A DNA stretch of 64,000 nt from Macrostomum hystrix (GCA_950097015.1 CATNEN010000038.1:8990001-9054000), one strand, 5' to 3'; counted from the first letter of the stretch, positions 12,401 to 24,762 are shown. Program-made: numbers and translations. Notes: a model not told the origin generated them from the sequence alone.

Positions 12401-15400
12401 GATACTAGATAGAGAAGGCGAGGAGAGGGAGAGAAGGCGAGGAGAGGGAGAGAAGGCGAGGAGAGGGAGAGAAGGCGAGGAGAGGGAGAGAAGGCGAGGA
12501 GAGGGAGAGAAGACGTGGAGAGGGAGAGAAGGCGAGGAGAAGGAGAGAAGGCGAGGAGAAGGAGAGAAGGCGAGGAGAAGGAGAGAAGGCGAGGAGGGGG
12601 AGAGAAGGCGAGTAGGAGAGGGAGAGAAGACTTGGAGAGGGAGAGAAGGCGAGGAGAGGGAGAGAAGGCGAGTAGGAGAGGGAGAGAAGACTTGGAGAGG
12701 GAGAGAAGGCGAGGAGAGGGAGAGAAGGCGAGGAGAGGGAGAGAAGGCGAGGAGAAGGAGAGAAGGCGACGAGAAGGAGAGAAGGCGAGGAGAGGGACTG
12801 CGAGGAGAGGGAGAGAAGGCGAGGAGAGGGAGAGAAGGCGAGGAGGAGAGGGAGAGAAGGCGAGTAGGAGAGGGAGAGAAGACGTGGAGAAGGAGAGAAG
12901 GCGAGGAGAGGGAGAGAAGGCGAGGAGAGGGAGAGAAGGCGAGGAGAGGGAGAGAAGGCGAGGAGAGGGAGAGAAGGTGAGGAGAGGGAGAGAAGGCGAG
13001 TTGATGGAGAGAAGGTGAGGAGAGGGAGAGAAGGTGAGTAGGAGAGGGAGAGAAGGCGAGTTGATGGAGAGAAGGTGAGGAGAGGGAGAGAAGGTGAGTA
13101 GGAGAGGGAGAGAAGGCGAGTTGATGGAGAGAAGGTGAGGAGAGGGAGAGAAGGTGAGTAGGAGAGGGAGAGAAGGCGAGTTGATGGAGAGAAGGTGAGG
13201 AGAGGGAGAGAAGGTGAGTAGGAGAGGGAGAGAAGGCGAGTTGATAGAGAGAAGGTGAGGAGAGGGAGAGAAGGTGAGTAGGAGAGGGAGAGAAGACGTG
13301 GAGAGGGAGAGAAGCCGAGTTGATGGAGAGAAGGTGATGAGAGGGAGAGAAGGTGAGTAGGAGAGGGAGAGAAGCCGAGTTGATGGAGAGAAGGTGAGGA
13401 GAGGGAGAGAAGGTGAGGAGAGGGAGAGAAGGTGAGGAGAGGGAGAGAAGGCTGATGGTGGATTGATAAACTCGCACTCAGAATTAGCATTAACTATCTG
13501 GATAATCCGAGCGCTTCAATCGCCAGCCCGATCCATTGCACAGGCGAGCTGCAGTGGCGCGAGACCGCCCGTTGGATCAAGTTCGAGGAGGATGTCGAAG
13601 AAGGCGGCGAGCGCTGGTCGAAGCCGCACGTGGCCACGCTGAGTCTGTTCTCACTGTTCGAGGTTCGCAACTCGATTCACTGCGGTGAGCATCCCATGAT
13701 ACTACCTAAGGTGTATTGCAGGCTGGGTAGAGCCCAGACAGAGAACGAGTATCTGACAGTGGGAAATTAGGATTTGACTGAGGGAAGTGAGGATCAGACT
13801 TTGAGTAGTGAGGATCACACTTTGAGTAGTGAGGATCTGACTGTATAAAATAAAATTTTCCACTGCAGGCGAGATTCTACTGGACTGCGAGGGCCAGACG
13901 ATGGAGGCCATCAGCGAGCTGCTAACCGAGCGGCTCATCAACACTGGAAAGCTGCACGAGTCCCAGCAGGCCGCTGTTGCCGACGTCTTGCTGAAGCGGC
14001 ACAGCCACCTGTACGAGAGAAAGGCGCGCGGCGGCTCCCACCTGGGAGCGAAAATTCGCAGCTTCGCCGATATAGGGAGGAAACTATCTTCCAGGGATCT
14101 GGAGAAGGGTGAGCGACCCCTCCCTCTACAAACCCTTGCAGACCCCTCCCTCCCCACAAACCCTTGCTGACCCCTCCGTCACCCCAAAAACCCTTGCAGA
14201 CCCCTCCCTCCCCACAAACCCTTGCTGACCCCTCCGTCCCTCACAAACCCTTGCAGACCCCTCCCTCCCCACAAACCCTTGCTGACCCCTCCCTCCCCAC
14301 AAACCCTTGCTGACCCCTCCCTCCCCACAAACCCTTGCAGACCCCTCCCTCCCCACAAACCCTTGCTGACCCCTCCCTCCCCACAAACCCTTGCTGACCC
14401 CTCCGTCCCCCCAAAAACCCTTGCAGACCCCTCCGGCACCCCAAAAACCGTTGCAGACCCCTCCCTCCCCACAAACCCTTGCTGACCCCTCCGTCCCTCC
14501 ACAAACCCTTGCAGGCCCCTCCCTCCCCACAAACCCTTGCTGACCCCTCCCTCCCCACAAACCCTTGCAGACCCCTCCCTCCCCACAAACCCTTGCAGAC
14601 CCCTCCCTCCCCACAAACCCTTGCAGACCCCTCCCTCCCCACAAACCCATGCAGACCCCTCCGTCCCTCCACAAACCGATGCAGACCCCTCCGTCCCTCC
14701 ACAAACCCTTGCAGAGCCCTCGGGCCACGCACTGAGCAGCCGCGCCGACCTGGCGGCTGGCGAGGATTCCCCGGATCTGCACCCCAGCGGCAGCGGTCAC
14801 AAGTTCGATCAGCACTTTATGAAAAAAATTCCACTCGGCGCCGAGACTTCCAACATCCTGGTGGGCAGCACGGACTTCCTTGACCGCAACCTCACCGTCT
14901 TCATCCGCCTACGCACTGCCGTGGTGCTCGGCGACATCACGGAGGTCCCGGTGCCGACTCGATTCATCTACATCCTTCTGGGACCCCCAGGCCAGAGTGC
15001 CCACTTTCACGAGATGGGCCGCAGCATGGCTACGCTGATGTCGGACGAGATATTTCACGACGTCGCCTACTTGGCCAAGTGCAAAGTGAGGCTGCAGGGT
15101 TGTCCCTCCATTTGGGGTGGGGTTGTGTCCCTCCATTTCTGTTTTGCGTGTTCTGTGTTCGTCAATCCTGATTGGCTGACAGCGGTCAAGCTGTCGCTAT
15201 TTTTAGTAACATTTTTAGTAAAATTTTCTCAACCCAAAGCCCAATCACGTGACTGACCACAGCCAATAGAATTTCGATGGCCCTCAACCTCCATTAGGGG
15301 GTGAGTGGCAGAGCGGTCTATCGCGTTTGGTGCCCGATTTGGTGCCCTGAGCTCGATTCTGCGGCAAGGCCACATTCATTGATTATTTACCATATTCCAA

Positions 15401-18400
15401 AGTTTTTTCTATTTTTTTCAGCTACTTTCTGAGTGGGCAAGACTATCCATTTTACTTTCAGAATTTCCTGACAGAAGTTAAGAGAAGGATCCGAAATCCC
15501 ATTATCAGTCGTGGAGATTGCTAATGACTGTTCCCTCTTAGAAATTTTAAGTTTTGTTTCTTGTATCTCTCTCTCTTTTTGTTTTCTTGTTCGTTAAAGG
15601 AACGAAATAGCAAAGAATGAGAGATGGGGACGACTTGACCATTGCCGTTTGCTGTGCAAGGATCTACCATCATGTACAGCGCTGTATGCGATTCTTCCCT
15701 GTGGGATGTGAAAGACAGAAACAGAGGCCGTAACAGCTAGAGGCAAGAAAAGATTATTGACCGAGTTTTCCAACGTACGACTTTGCATTCACTCTAGCCT
15801 CTGGTTCGATCCATTTTTCAGCGCTAGCAGTTGACACACGGCCTTGGTGGCTGCCGCTGCACTTCTGCGATCCGCTTTGTTAGATTGCTTTCTAAGAAGA
15901 AATTTGAGAATAGAACAGTGGGAGATTTGAGGATAGAACAGTGGGAGATTTGAGGATAGACAGTGGGAGATTTGAGAATAGAACAGTGGGAGATTTGAGG
16001 ATAGAACAGTGGGAGATTTGAGAATAGACAGTGGGAGATTTGAGGATAGAACAGTGGGAGATTTGAGAATAGACAGTGGGAGATTTGAGGATAGAACATT
16101 GAGAGTTTGAGGATAGAACAGTGGGAGATTTGAAGATAGAACAGTGGGTGATTTGAGAATAGACAGTGGGAGATTTGAGGATAGAACATTGAGAGTTTGA
16201 GGATAGAACAGTGGGAGATTTGAGAATAGACAGTGGGAGATTTGAGAATAGACAGTGGGAGATTTGAGGATAGAACAGTGGGAGATTTGAGGATAGACAG
16301 TGGGAGATTTGAGGATAGAACAGTGGGAGATTTGAGAATAGACAGTGGGAGATTTGAGGATAGAACAGTGGGAGATTTGAGGATAGACAGTGGGAGATTT
16401 GAGGATAGAACAGTGGGAGATTTGAGAATAGACAGTGGGAGATTTGAGGATAGAACAGTGGGAGATTTGAGGTTAGAACAGTGGGGATTTGAGGATAGAA
16501 CAGAGGGGATTTGAGGATAGAACAGTGAGTGATTTGAGGATAGAGCAGTGGGAGATTTGAGGATAGTGCAGTGAGGGATTTGAGTATAAAACATTGAAGA
16601 ATGAATTAGATATGTGGCCGTGAGGGATTTGGGAAGTCAATGGTCGGCAGTTAAGCCGCTGACATGTGAAGCTGAAGTTAGTAATAAAAAGTGATTTGTT
16701 CTGTCACGCAAGTCACGTCGGGCTTTCTTGACTGACATTCTTACAATATTCCCTAACTGCGATTCTATTAGTATAAGGCAGCGAATTAGAAATGTTCTTG
16801 ATCGAACATCCATTTTTTATATTGATTTAGTTCTTGGCCTTCTTAATCTTGGAAGGAGATTGGATAAGGCACGCTTGCAGATTTGATGGCGGGTAGAAAT
16901 ATAACTTTAAAATTGGCTAGACAGGGCAGGAAAATACATGGAGAGAATGGCACAGAATCTTATACAATGGGAAAAAATCCACGAAAAAAGGGTAAAGTTG
17001 TTAAGAATAAGGTAAAATTCTCAAAATGGGGTAGAATCCTGGAGAATGGAGAAGAATCTCAGACAACGGGGAAGAATACTCGACAATGGGGTAGAATTAT
17101 CAAGAATTCGGTAGAATCCTCGAGAGTGGGGTAGAATCCTCGAGAGTGGGGTAGAATCCTCGAGAGTGGGGTAGAATCCTCGAGAGTGGGGTAGAATCCT
17201 CGAGAGTGGGGTAGAATCCTCGAGAGTGGGGTAGAATCCTCGAGAGTGGGGTAGAATCCTCGAGAGTGGGGTAGAATCCTCGAGAGTGGGGTAGAATCCT
17301 CAAGAATGGGGTAGAATCCTGAATCTAATAGCGTAAAATCCTGGGTACTGGGAAAGAATCCTTGAGGATGGGGAAGAATCCTTGAGGATGGGGAAGAATC
17401 CTTGAGGTTGGGAAAGAATCCTTGAGGATGGGGAAGAATCCTTGAGGATGGGGAAGAATCCTTGAGGTTGGGAAAGAATCCTTGAGGATGGGAAAGAATC
17501 CTTGAGGATGGGGAAGAATCCTTGAGGTTGGGGAAGAATCCTTGAGGATGGGGAAGAATCCTTGAGGTTGGGGAAGAATCCTTGAGGATGGGGAAGAATC
17601 CTTGAGGATGGGGAAGAATCCTTGAGGTTGGGAAAGAATCCTTGAGGATGGGGAAGAATCCTTGAGGATGGGGAAGAATCCTTGACGAAGAGGAGCAGAG
17701 TTTGGTAATTCAAAAGCTATTTAGGATCCATTGTACTCACTGCAGCTCACACGCCTTGCTGAACATCCCGCAGGACGACCTGCTGTCGGGCGTTGACGAG
17801 TTTCTGAAGTCCTGCACGGTGCTGCCGCCAAACGAGTGGGACCCGTCGATTCGCATCGAGCCGCCCAAGGAGGTGCCCTCGCAGGAGCCGCGCAAGCTGG
17901 GCAGCCTGGCCAACGCCTCCGCCGCTGCTGGACTCGGTGAGTCCTGGGTGACATCATCCATGCATTTCCACCCCTGCATCTCTGCCTCCCTGCATCTCTC
18001 CCTCCGTGCATTTCTTCCTCCCTGCATCTCTCCCTCCCTGCATCTCTCCCTCCCTGCATCTCTCTCTCCATGCATTGATTCATCCCTGCATTTCTTCCTC
18101 CCTGCATCTCTCCCTCCCTGCATCTCTCCCTCCCTGCATCTCTACCTCCCTGCATATATCCCTCCCTGCATATCTCCCTCCCTGCATCTCTCCCTCCCTG
18201 CATCGCTCCCTTTTCTTTCATATAACTCTCCCTGCATCTCCCCCTCCCTGCATCCCATCCTCCTTGCATCTCCCCTCGCTGCATCTCTACCCCAGCTGAC
18301 TCGCATTTTCTCCCCATCGACCAGACCACGGCGCAGGCGGTGCAGGTGCAGAAGGCCAAGCAGCCTCTGGCGCAGCCTCGGCCGGAGCATCGGCCACGAC

Positions 18401-21400
18401 GGCAGCAGCGGGCGCCGCAAATGTAGCCGACGGAGGCGAAAGCGGTGGGGGAGGCGGCGGCGGCGGAGGAGGCGGGGGTGGGGGAGGCAACGGCGACCCC
18501 GAGGGTGACGGAGGTCACGGCTCGGATCCTGCGCTGATGATGACTGGCCGGCTGTTCGGCGGTCTCATCTTGGACGTGAAGCGCAAGGCTCCGTTCTACC
18601 TATCCGACTTTCGCGACGCCCTCCACATGCAGTCGGTGGGAGCCCTGCTGTTCCTGTACTTCGCCTGCCTGACTCCAATCATCACGTTCGGCGGCCTGCT
18701 GGTCGACGCCACTGAGGGCCACCTGGGCGCCATCGAGTCCATCTTGTCTGGCGCCGTGTGCGGCATCTCCTACGCGCTGTTCTCCGGCCAGCCGCTGACG
18801 ATTCTGGGTGAGCTGGAGCTCAGGGCCTGGACTTTCAGGAGCTCAGGGTCTGGGAGTTCAGGAGTTCAGGGTCTGGGAGTTCAGGAGTTCAGGGTCTGGG
18901 AGTTCAGGAGCTCAGGGTCTGGGAGTTCAGGAGCTCAGGGTCTGGGAGTTCAGGAGCTCAGCGTCTGGGAGTTCAGAATTTAGGGTCTGGGAGTTCAGGA
19001 GCTCAGGGTCTGGGAGTTCAGGAGCTCAGGGTCTGGGAGTTCAGGAGCTCAGCGTCTGGGAGTTCAGGAGTTCAGGGTCTGGGAGTTCAGGAGCTCAGGG
19101 TCTGGGAGTTCAGGAGTTCAGGGTCTGGGAGTTCAGGAGCTCAAGTAAACTAAGCAACAGAATCATTGTCACCAACCCAGGCTCCACCGGACCCGTCCTT
19201 GTCTTCGAGACAATCGTATTCAAAATGTGCAAAGACCGCGACTGGGACTACCTGAGCTTCCGCATGTGGATCGGCTTGTACATCTGCTTCATCCTGCTGC
19301 TGTTCGTGGCCTTTGATCTCAGCGCTCTGGTCAAGTGAGTGCACTTTTATGAGCAATTATTTTAGCTCTGAACAGTTAGTAACTCAAAAAATGAGTACTG
19401 TACAGAGTGTGACTCAAATTAACGAGTACAGTACAGTGAGTGACTGAAACGATGAGTACAGCACAGTGAGTGACTGAAACGATGAGAACAGCACAGTGAG
19501 TGACTGAAATAGTGAGTACTGTACAGTGAGTGACTGAAACGATGAGTACAGTACAGTGAGTGACTGAAACGATGAGTACAGCTCAGTGAGTAACTGAAAC
19601 AATGAGTACTGTACAGTGAGTGACTGAAACGATGAGTACAGTACAGTGAGTGACTGAAACGATGAGTAAAGTACAGTGAGTGACTGAAACGATGAGTAAA
19701 GTACAGTGAGTGACTGAAATAATGAGTACTGTACAGTCCTACTAGAAGCCATCGTGACGCAACCGCAGGTACATCACCCGCTTCACGGAGGAGTCATTCG
19801 CGGGCCTGATCGCTCTGATCTTCATAGTGGAGGCCATTAGCAAGCTGTTATTCATCGCAAAGCAGTACCCGGTGAACCGCGGCTGGAGCCCGACCTACAC
19901 CACCGACTTCAACTGCGGCTGCCATCGGAAATCGACGGTCAACGAAAGCAACTGGAAGCCGCTGCAGCCGGGCCAGCACCTGCGGGTGCCAAGCTTCATG
20001 CCCAACGGCTCGGCTCAGTACTTTGCCAACTACTCCGGCTTCAAGTACTTCGCCTGGGGCTGGTACGAGACCAAGCTGGCCTGCCAGAACAATCAGGGCG
20101 AATGGCGAGGCTCCGGCTGCGACGGCTATTTCGTGCCTGACGTGTTCTTCTTCTCCTGCCTGCTTTTCATTGGCACCTTCTGCATCAGCTACGGCCTGAA
20201 GCTGATGCGCAACTCGTGCTTCTTTCCTAACCGGGTAGGGCTTCGCTGTACTTTCCGTAGCCGGAGCCGTAGCGGTAGCCATAGCCGTAGCCATAGCCGT
20301 AGTTGTAGCCGTAGCCTTAGCCGTAGCGGTAGCCATAGCCGTAGCCATAGCGGTAGCCATAGCCGTAGCTGTAGCCGTAGCCGTAGCCATAGCGGTAGCC
20401 ATAGCCGTAGCCATAGCCGTAGCTGTAGCCGTAGCCGTAGCTGTAGCCGTAGCCGTAGCTAGAGCCGTAGCCGTAGCGGTAGCCATAGCCGTAGCCATAG
20501 CCGTAGCTGTAGCCGTAACCGTAGCCGTAGCCATAGCTGTAGCCGTAGCCGTAGCTAGAGCCGTAGCCGGAGCCGTTGCTGAATACCTAGCCATAGCCGT
20601 AGCCATTGTCGTAGACGTAGACGGAGCCAAAGACGTAGCCGTAGCCGTAGCCGAAGCCGTAGCCATAGACGTAGCCTTAGTCATAGACGTAGACGTAGCC
20701 GTAGACGAAGCAGTAGACATAGCTATAGCTGAAATATTTATACGGAGCTGCTATTAGGCGTAGCGGTAGCCGTATCCGTAGCTGTAGCCCGTATCATAGC
20801 CGTAGCCGTAGCCGTAGCAATAGCCATAGCCGTAGCTGCAGCAGTAAATAAAACTCTTCCACAACGCCAGGTGCGTTCAACCATCAGCGATTTCGCCGTG
20901 ATGCTGGCCATCGTGGCCATGACTGGCGCTGACATGGCCCTTGGCCTGCACACGCCGAAGCTGAATGTGCCGGAGGCCTTCGAGCCGACGCTTGGCTACG
21001 CCGCCCGCGGCTGGCTCATCAAGCCGCTGGGCAATCGCGGCCAGAATCCCTGGTACACCATCGTGCTGGCCTTCTTCCCGGCCCTCCTAGCCACCATCCT
21101 GATCTTCATGGACCAGCAGATCACGGCTGTCATCATCAACCGGAAGGAGAACAAGCTGAAGAAGGGCAAGGGCTACCACCTGGACCTGCTGGTTGTGGCC
21201 CTGCTGGTTGGAGTCAACTCAGTACTGGGCATTCCCTGGTTCGTGGCGGCCACCGTGCTCTCCATCAATCACGTGATCTCGCTGAAGATCGAGAGTGAGT
21301 CGACCGCGCCGGGCGAGAGGCCCAAATTCCTTGGCTGCCGGTAAGATGGGATCTGAGATGGGATCTGAGATGGGATCTGAGATGGGATCTGAGATGGGAT

Positions 21401-24284
21401 CTGAGATGGGATCTGAGATGGGATCTGAAACGGGATCTGAAACGGGATCTGAAACGGGATCTGAGACGGGATCTGAGATGGGATCTGAGATGGGATCTGA
21501 GATGGGATCTGAGATGGGATCTGAGATGGGATCTGAGATGGGATCTGAGATGGGATCTGAGATGGGATCTGAGATGGGATCTGAGATGGGATCTGAGATG
21601 GGATCTGAGATGGGATCTGAGATGGGATCTGAAACGGGATCTGAAACGGGATCTGAGTTGGGATCTGAGACGGGATCTGAGATGGGATCTGAGATGGGAT
21701 CTGAGATGGGATCTGAGATGGGATCTGAAACGGGATCTGAGATGGGATCTGAGATGGGATCTGAGATGGGATCTGAGATGGGATCTGAGATGGGATCTGA
21801 GATATGGGATCTGAGATGAGATCTGAGATGGGATCTGAGACGGGATCTGAGATGGGTCTGAGACGGGATCTGAGATGGGATCTGAGACAGGATCTGAGAT
21901 GGGACCTGAGATGAGATCTGAGATGGGATCTGAGATGGGATGAAATCGGATGGAAATGGATCTAAGATAGGATTTGAGATGAGATCTTCTTATGAGATCT
22001 TGGAAGGGTGTGAGATGGGATCTGAGATGGGATTCGAGATGCGATCTGAGTGGGCATCTATCTCATATGACCAATATTCCTAAAAAATCCCTAATTCTCC
22101 AGGGAGAACCGTCTAACTGGCTTCGTCATCTTCCTCCTGATCGGCCTGTCGGTGTTCATGACTCGAGTCCTGAAGCACATCCCGATGCCGGTACTGTACG
22201 GGGTGTTTCTGTACATGGGCATCTCCTCGCTGAACGGCCTGCATCTAGTGCAGCGGACTCTGCTGTTCTTCATGCCGCAGAAATACCAGCCGGACTACAT
22301 CTTCCTTAGGTAAGCTCCGCCATCTATTACTTTGCTTAGCAGCCTACTGATGCGATCGGTCAGTAGTCTGAAACGCATTTTCTATTCCTTGTTTATTTTA
22401 TTTAAGTGGTACCTGTAAAACAAATTTTCCTTTTAAAATGGATAACTCAAATCAATCAATCAATAATCCTCTAGGAATGTATCCTAGGAAACAATGAGGC
22501 CTTTCTCAAATATATCGACAATATATGGCTCTCGTAAACTGCTCTCGACTGCTAGCAATAAATAACTGTCTAGTAAAGTGCTTACCACTCGTCTTTCCCT
22601 CAGAGATGAGTCCTCTTCTTCTTAGAGCTGTTTTGAAGTCCGGTGGACCACTCCGAGTCTGAATTTTCAGCTTCAGCTCAGATTTATAGCAAATTTTTTG
22701 GGAAAACCGGTTTAGGACCGGCTGTTTACTTAGGGCATACATACGAGTATTTGCACAGGAGGTCAAACTAGTTTTTTAGCTGTGTTTTGGGGGTTTTCAA
22801 GTGATTATTACCATATATGGGAGTATGAGCAAATACAGCTGTCGAGAACCGGTTCTCCGGTTTCAAGTCACGTGCCATGACTTTGTTTCTAAAAATAGCA
22901 TATGAGTCATTTTGACTCATTCCTAAAAATAGATTGACAATTACAGCTTAGGTTTCATTGTAATATTACTTTAAGTAGCGCGATGAACAAATCTAATTTT
23001 TTACTACTGCCTACAAACTGTCTAACAAGTGACATGAAACTGTCAAACAGGTAACATGAAACTGTCTAACAGGTGAAATAAAACTGTCTAACAGGTGGCA
23101 CCGTAATTAATTTCGCAGGCACGTGAAGATTGGTCAGGTGCACAAGTTCACGGTGATACAGATTGCCTGCCTTGCCATGCTGTGGGTTGTGAAGGCCATC
23201 AAAGCCATCTCGATCCTATTCCCAATCATGGTGTTGGCCATGTGCTTCATTCGCAAAGCGCTGGACTATCTGTTTGAACAATCCGAGCTGAAATGGATCG
23301 ACGACATTATGCCGCCAATCAATATCGGCCTGCCGGGCAAGAAGACGGCCGCATCGTCAGCCGCGACAGGCGTCGGCGCTGGAAACGCCAGCGTCGGTCG
23401 CTCCGGCGCCATCACCATCGAGCTGTCCATGGACACTAAGCAGCAGCAGCTGGAACAGTTCAACGTATCCAGCGAAGTGGCCCGCACCTCAATTTGGAAG
23501 AACCTCTCTGGAGGAAGCGGCGGTGGCGGCGGCGGCGGAGGCGACGGCGGTGTCGGCGGAGGTATTTCGAATTCTGGCGTCGAGAAGGGATCGAAAAAGT
23601 TGAAGAAAAGGTGAGAGAAGTTCACTTGTTTGTAGTTCTGGTTTATTTATAATTTACAGAACATGTTGGTATCAGGCGTAAAATAAAACTAGATAGAAGG
23701 AAGAATGGTAGGTAAAATGGAAGGGAGACATGTGAGATTGATATATGAGGTGTGAGATTGATATATGAGATGTGAGATTGATGTATGAGGTGTGAGATTG
23801 ATATATGAGATGTGAAAATGATATATGACGTGTGGGATTGATATATGAGGTGTGACATTGATATATGAGGTGTGAGATTGATATATGAGATGCGAGATTG
23901 ATGTATGAGGTGTGAGATTGATATATGAGATGTGAGATTGATATATGACGTGTGGGATTGATATATGAGATGTGAGATTGATATATGAGATGTGAGATTG
24001 ATATATGAGGTGTGGGATTGATACATGACAGGTGAGATTGATGTGTGACAGATGAGATACAACTAGCAGTAATGTTGAATAGGTACAATCGATCTCCATC
24101 TCACTCCAATCAACTCGGCCGCCGCAGGAGCTCAAAGGGCGCCTCCAGCTCCGCCAAGGCCACCGCAGGCAAGGACGACAAGGAGGTCAAGGAGGCATCC
24201 GAGGCGCTGCTGAAGATGCCGGAGATTGTTGTGGAGCCGCCGTCGGGTAGCAACTCGCCCGAGCGTCGCACGTCGAATGCCTGA
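3414..24284 (+). CDS. SLC4 family Na+-coupled bicarbonate transporter (NDCBE/NBCn/SLC4A7/8/10-like), 14 coding exons, 1265 aa
   Basis: Exons 3414-3633, 5068-5118, 10647-10784, 13544-13684, 13869-14108, 14715-15085, 17774-17936, 18325-18807, 19181-19334, 19769-20234, 20871-21340, 22103-22309, 23119-23610, 24083-24284. All introns are GT-AG with consistent phases; total 3798 nt. SLC4 motifs: [162 protein letters not shown]. Four Cys in extracellular loop 3 are typical of the Na+-coupled members. AATAAA at ~24357. Confidence 0.95.
3800..4138 (-). mobile_element. tRNA-derived SINE family A, near full length
   Basis: Reverse complement has an A-box-like GGTGCCAGAGCGG, a B-box-like AGCTCGATTCC, an internal hairpin GTGTACACTGCCTGAC..GTCAGGGCAGATGTACAC and an (ATT)n tail; homologous copies occur elsewhere in the window. 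Confidence 0.75.
4297..4530 (+). mobile_element. tRNA-derived SINE family B with CORE-like central domain
   Basis: A box TAGCCAAGTG, B box GGTTCGATTCCC, then TGTGTCC..AAGACACTTAACTCTGCATTGCTTCAGTTCACCCAGCTATTAAATGGG, which resembles the CORE-SINE consensus; second copy inverted at 60727-60950. Confidence 0.7.
5401..5768. repeat. (GAGT)n microsatellite in SLC4 intron 2
   Basis: Direct observation. Confidence 0.97.
6354..7272. repeat. 32-bp minisatellite (GGATGTAGGGAGAGATTGCATATGCAGGGAGT)n, ~28 units
   Basis: Tandem periodicity of 32; variants occur in blocks. Confidence 0.97.
7770..8390. repeat. 18-bp G-rich minisatellite (GGGGGAGAGAAGGAGGGT)n
   Basis: Direct observation. Confidence 0.95.
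8812..9160 (+). mobile_element. tRNA-derived SINE family A, near full length
   Basis: CGCGTTTGCCTCTCGCACC..GAGCTCGATTCCGTGGCGAGGCCACATT head, shared body, TAATTATTATTT tail. Confidence 0.75.
9865..10420. repeat. Degenerate 20-bp minisatellite (AATCCAGAATCTAGAATCCC)n
   Basis: Direct observation. Confidence 0.85.
10805..11700. repeat. 20-bp minisatellite (CCCATCCCATACTCCAATTC)n, SLC4 intron 3
   Basis: Direct observation; starts ~20 nt after the donor. Confidence 0.97.
12410..13452. repeat. Purine-rich ~19-bp minisatellite (GGAGAGGGAGAGAAGGCGA)n with a 60-bp higher-order block
   Basis: Direct observation; lines 13021-13260 repeat with a 60-bp period. Confidence 0.95.
14115..14714. repeat. 28-30-bp minisatellite (ACCCCTCCCTCCCCACAAACCCTTGCAG)n filling SLC4 intron 5
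   Basis: Direct observation; the last unit supplies the modelled 3' splice site. Confidence 0.95.
15297..15390 (+). mobile_element. SINE family A head fragment
   Basis: GGCAGAGCGGTCTATCGCGTTTG...CCCTGAGCTCGATTCTGCGGCAAGGCCACATTCATT matches the family head. Confidence 0.6.
15900..16590. repeat. 21/23-bp minisatellite (GAGATTTGAGGATAGAACAGTGG)n
   Basis: Direct observation. Confidence 0.95.
17105..17685. repeat. Two abutting related 20-bp arrays: (GTAGAATCCTCGAGAGTGGG)n then (GGGAAGAATCCTTGAGGATG)n
   Basis: Direct observation. Confidence 0.95.
17955..18290. repeat. 16-bp minisatellite (CCCTGCATCTCTCCCT)n, SLC4 intron 7
   Basis: Direct observation. Confidence 0.9.
18815..19143. repeat. 23-bp minisatellite (GGGTCTGGGAGTTCAGGAGCTCA)n, SLC4 intron 8
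   Basis: Direct observation. Confidence 0.95.
19390..19737. repeat. 30-bp minisatellite (GAGTACAGTACAGTGAGTGACTGAAACGAT)n, SLC4 intron 9
   Basis: Direct observation. Confidence 0.95.
20255..20840. repeat. (GCCGTA)n-type hexamer repeat, SLC4 intron 10
   Basis: Direct observation. Confidence 0.93.
21344..22050. repeat. 12-bp minisatellite (GAGATGGGATCT)n, SLC4 intron 11
   Basis: Direct observation; begins within the donor (GTAAGATGGGATCT). Confidence 0.97.
23728..24050. repeat. 20-bp minisatellite (TGTGAGATTGATATATGAGG)n, SLC4 intron 13
   Basis: Direct observation. Confidence 0.95.
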
Positions 24285-24436
24285 GCGGACTGTTGATGAA
24301 GGCGGAGCTGCTTGTGTGCTGGTTTCTGGGAAACTATTTGTCATTTTGGTACAATGAATAAAGTTGTAATTAACCTGTTGTTTTATTTTAGTCAAGCTAT
24401 TTCTTATCAATCAAAACCAAAAAAACATAGGGCAAA

Positions 24437-24762
24437 TGATTGGCCAATCAAAATGATTGACAGGTGTACGTGCATGACAAGCTGAATGTTTCTCATGATC
24501 CTTCAGTGTAGATTTTGCAACCCTTCTCTAGAATCTGATCATGCTTTTACAGTCTTTTTACACTATCTAGTCTTGTCCTTTTTAATAGTTTTTTTTCTAC
24601 AAAAAATATTTAATTGACATGCGCATTATCAACTACCGCCCAAGCCTAGTAGTCAGTAGTGTGTTCAGCACAGTTCCACGCACAGTTTCACCTTATTTTA
24701 GCTCCAAAAATTTATTGAAGCTCTTTAATGTTTTGCAGTATTTGTTTTTGTAAACTGTACGC
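24437..24762 (+). repeat. Dispersed or paralogous non-coding block, copy 1 (partner 30164-30608)
   Basis: Colinear similarity from TGATTGGCCAATCAAAATGATTGACAGGTG to TTTAATGTTTTGCAGTATT..GTAAACTGTACG. Confidence 0.85.

Noticed and set aside
19848-20720. Antifreeze-like Ala/Thr ORF on the minus strand and RS-domain read-through on the plus strand
   Set aside because: Both come from the (GCCGTA)n intron; the SLC4 alignment resumes cleanly after splicing 20234-20871.
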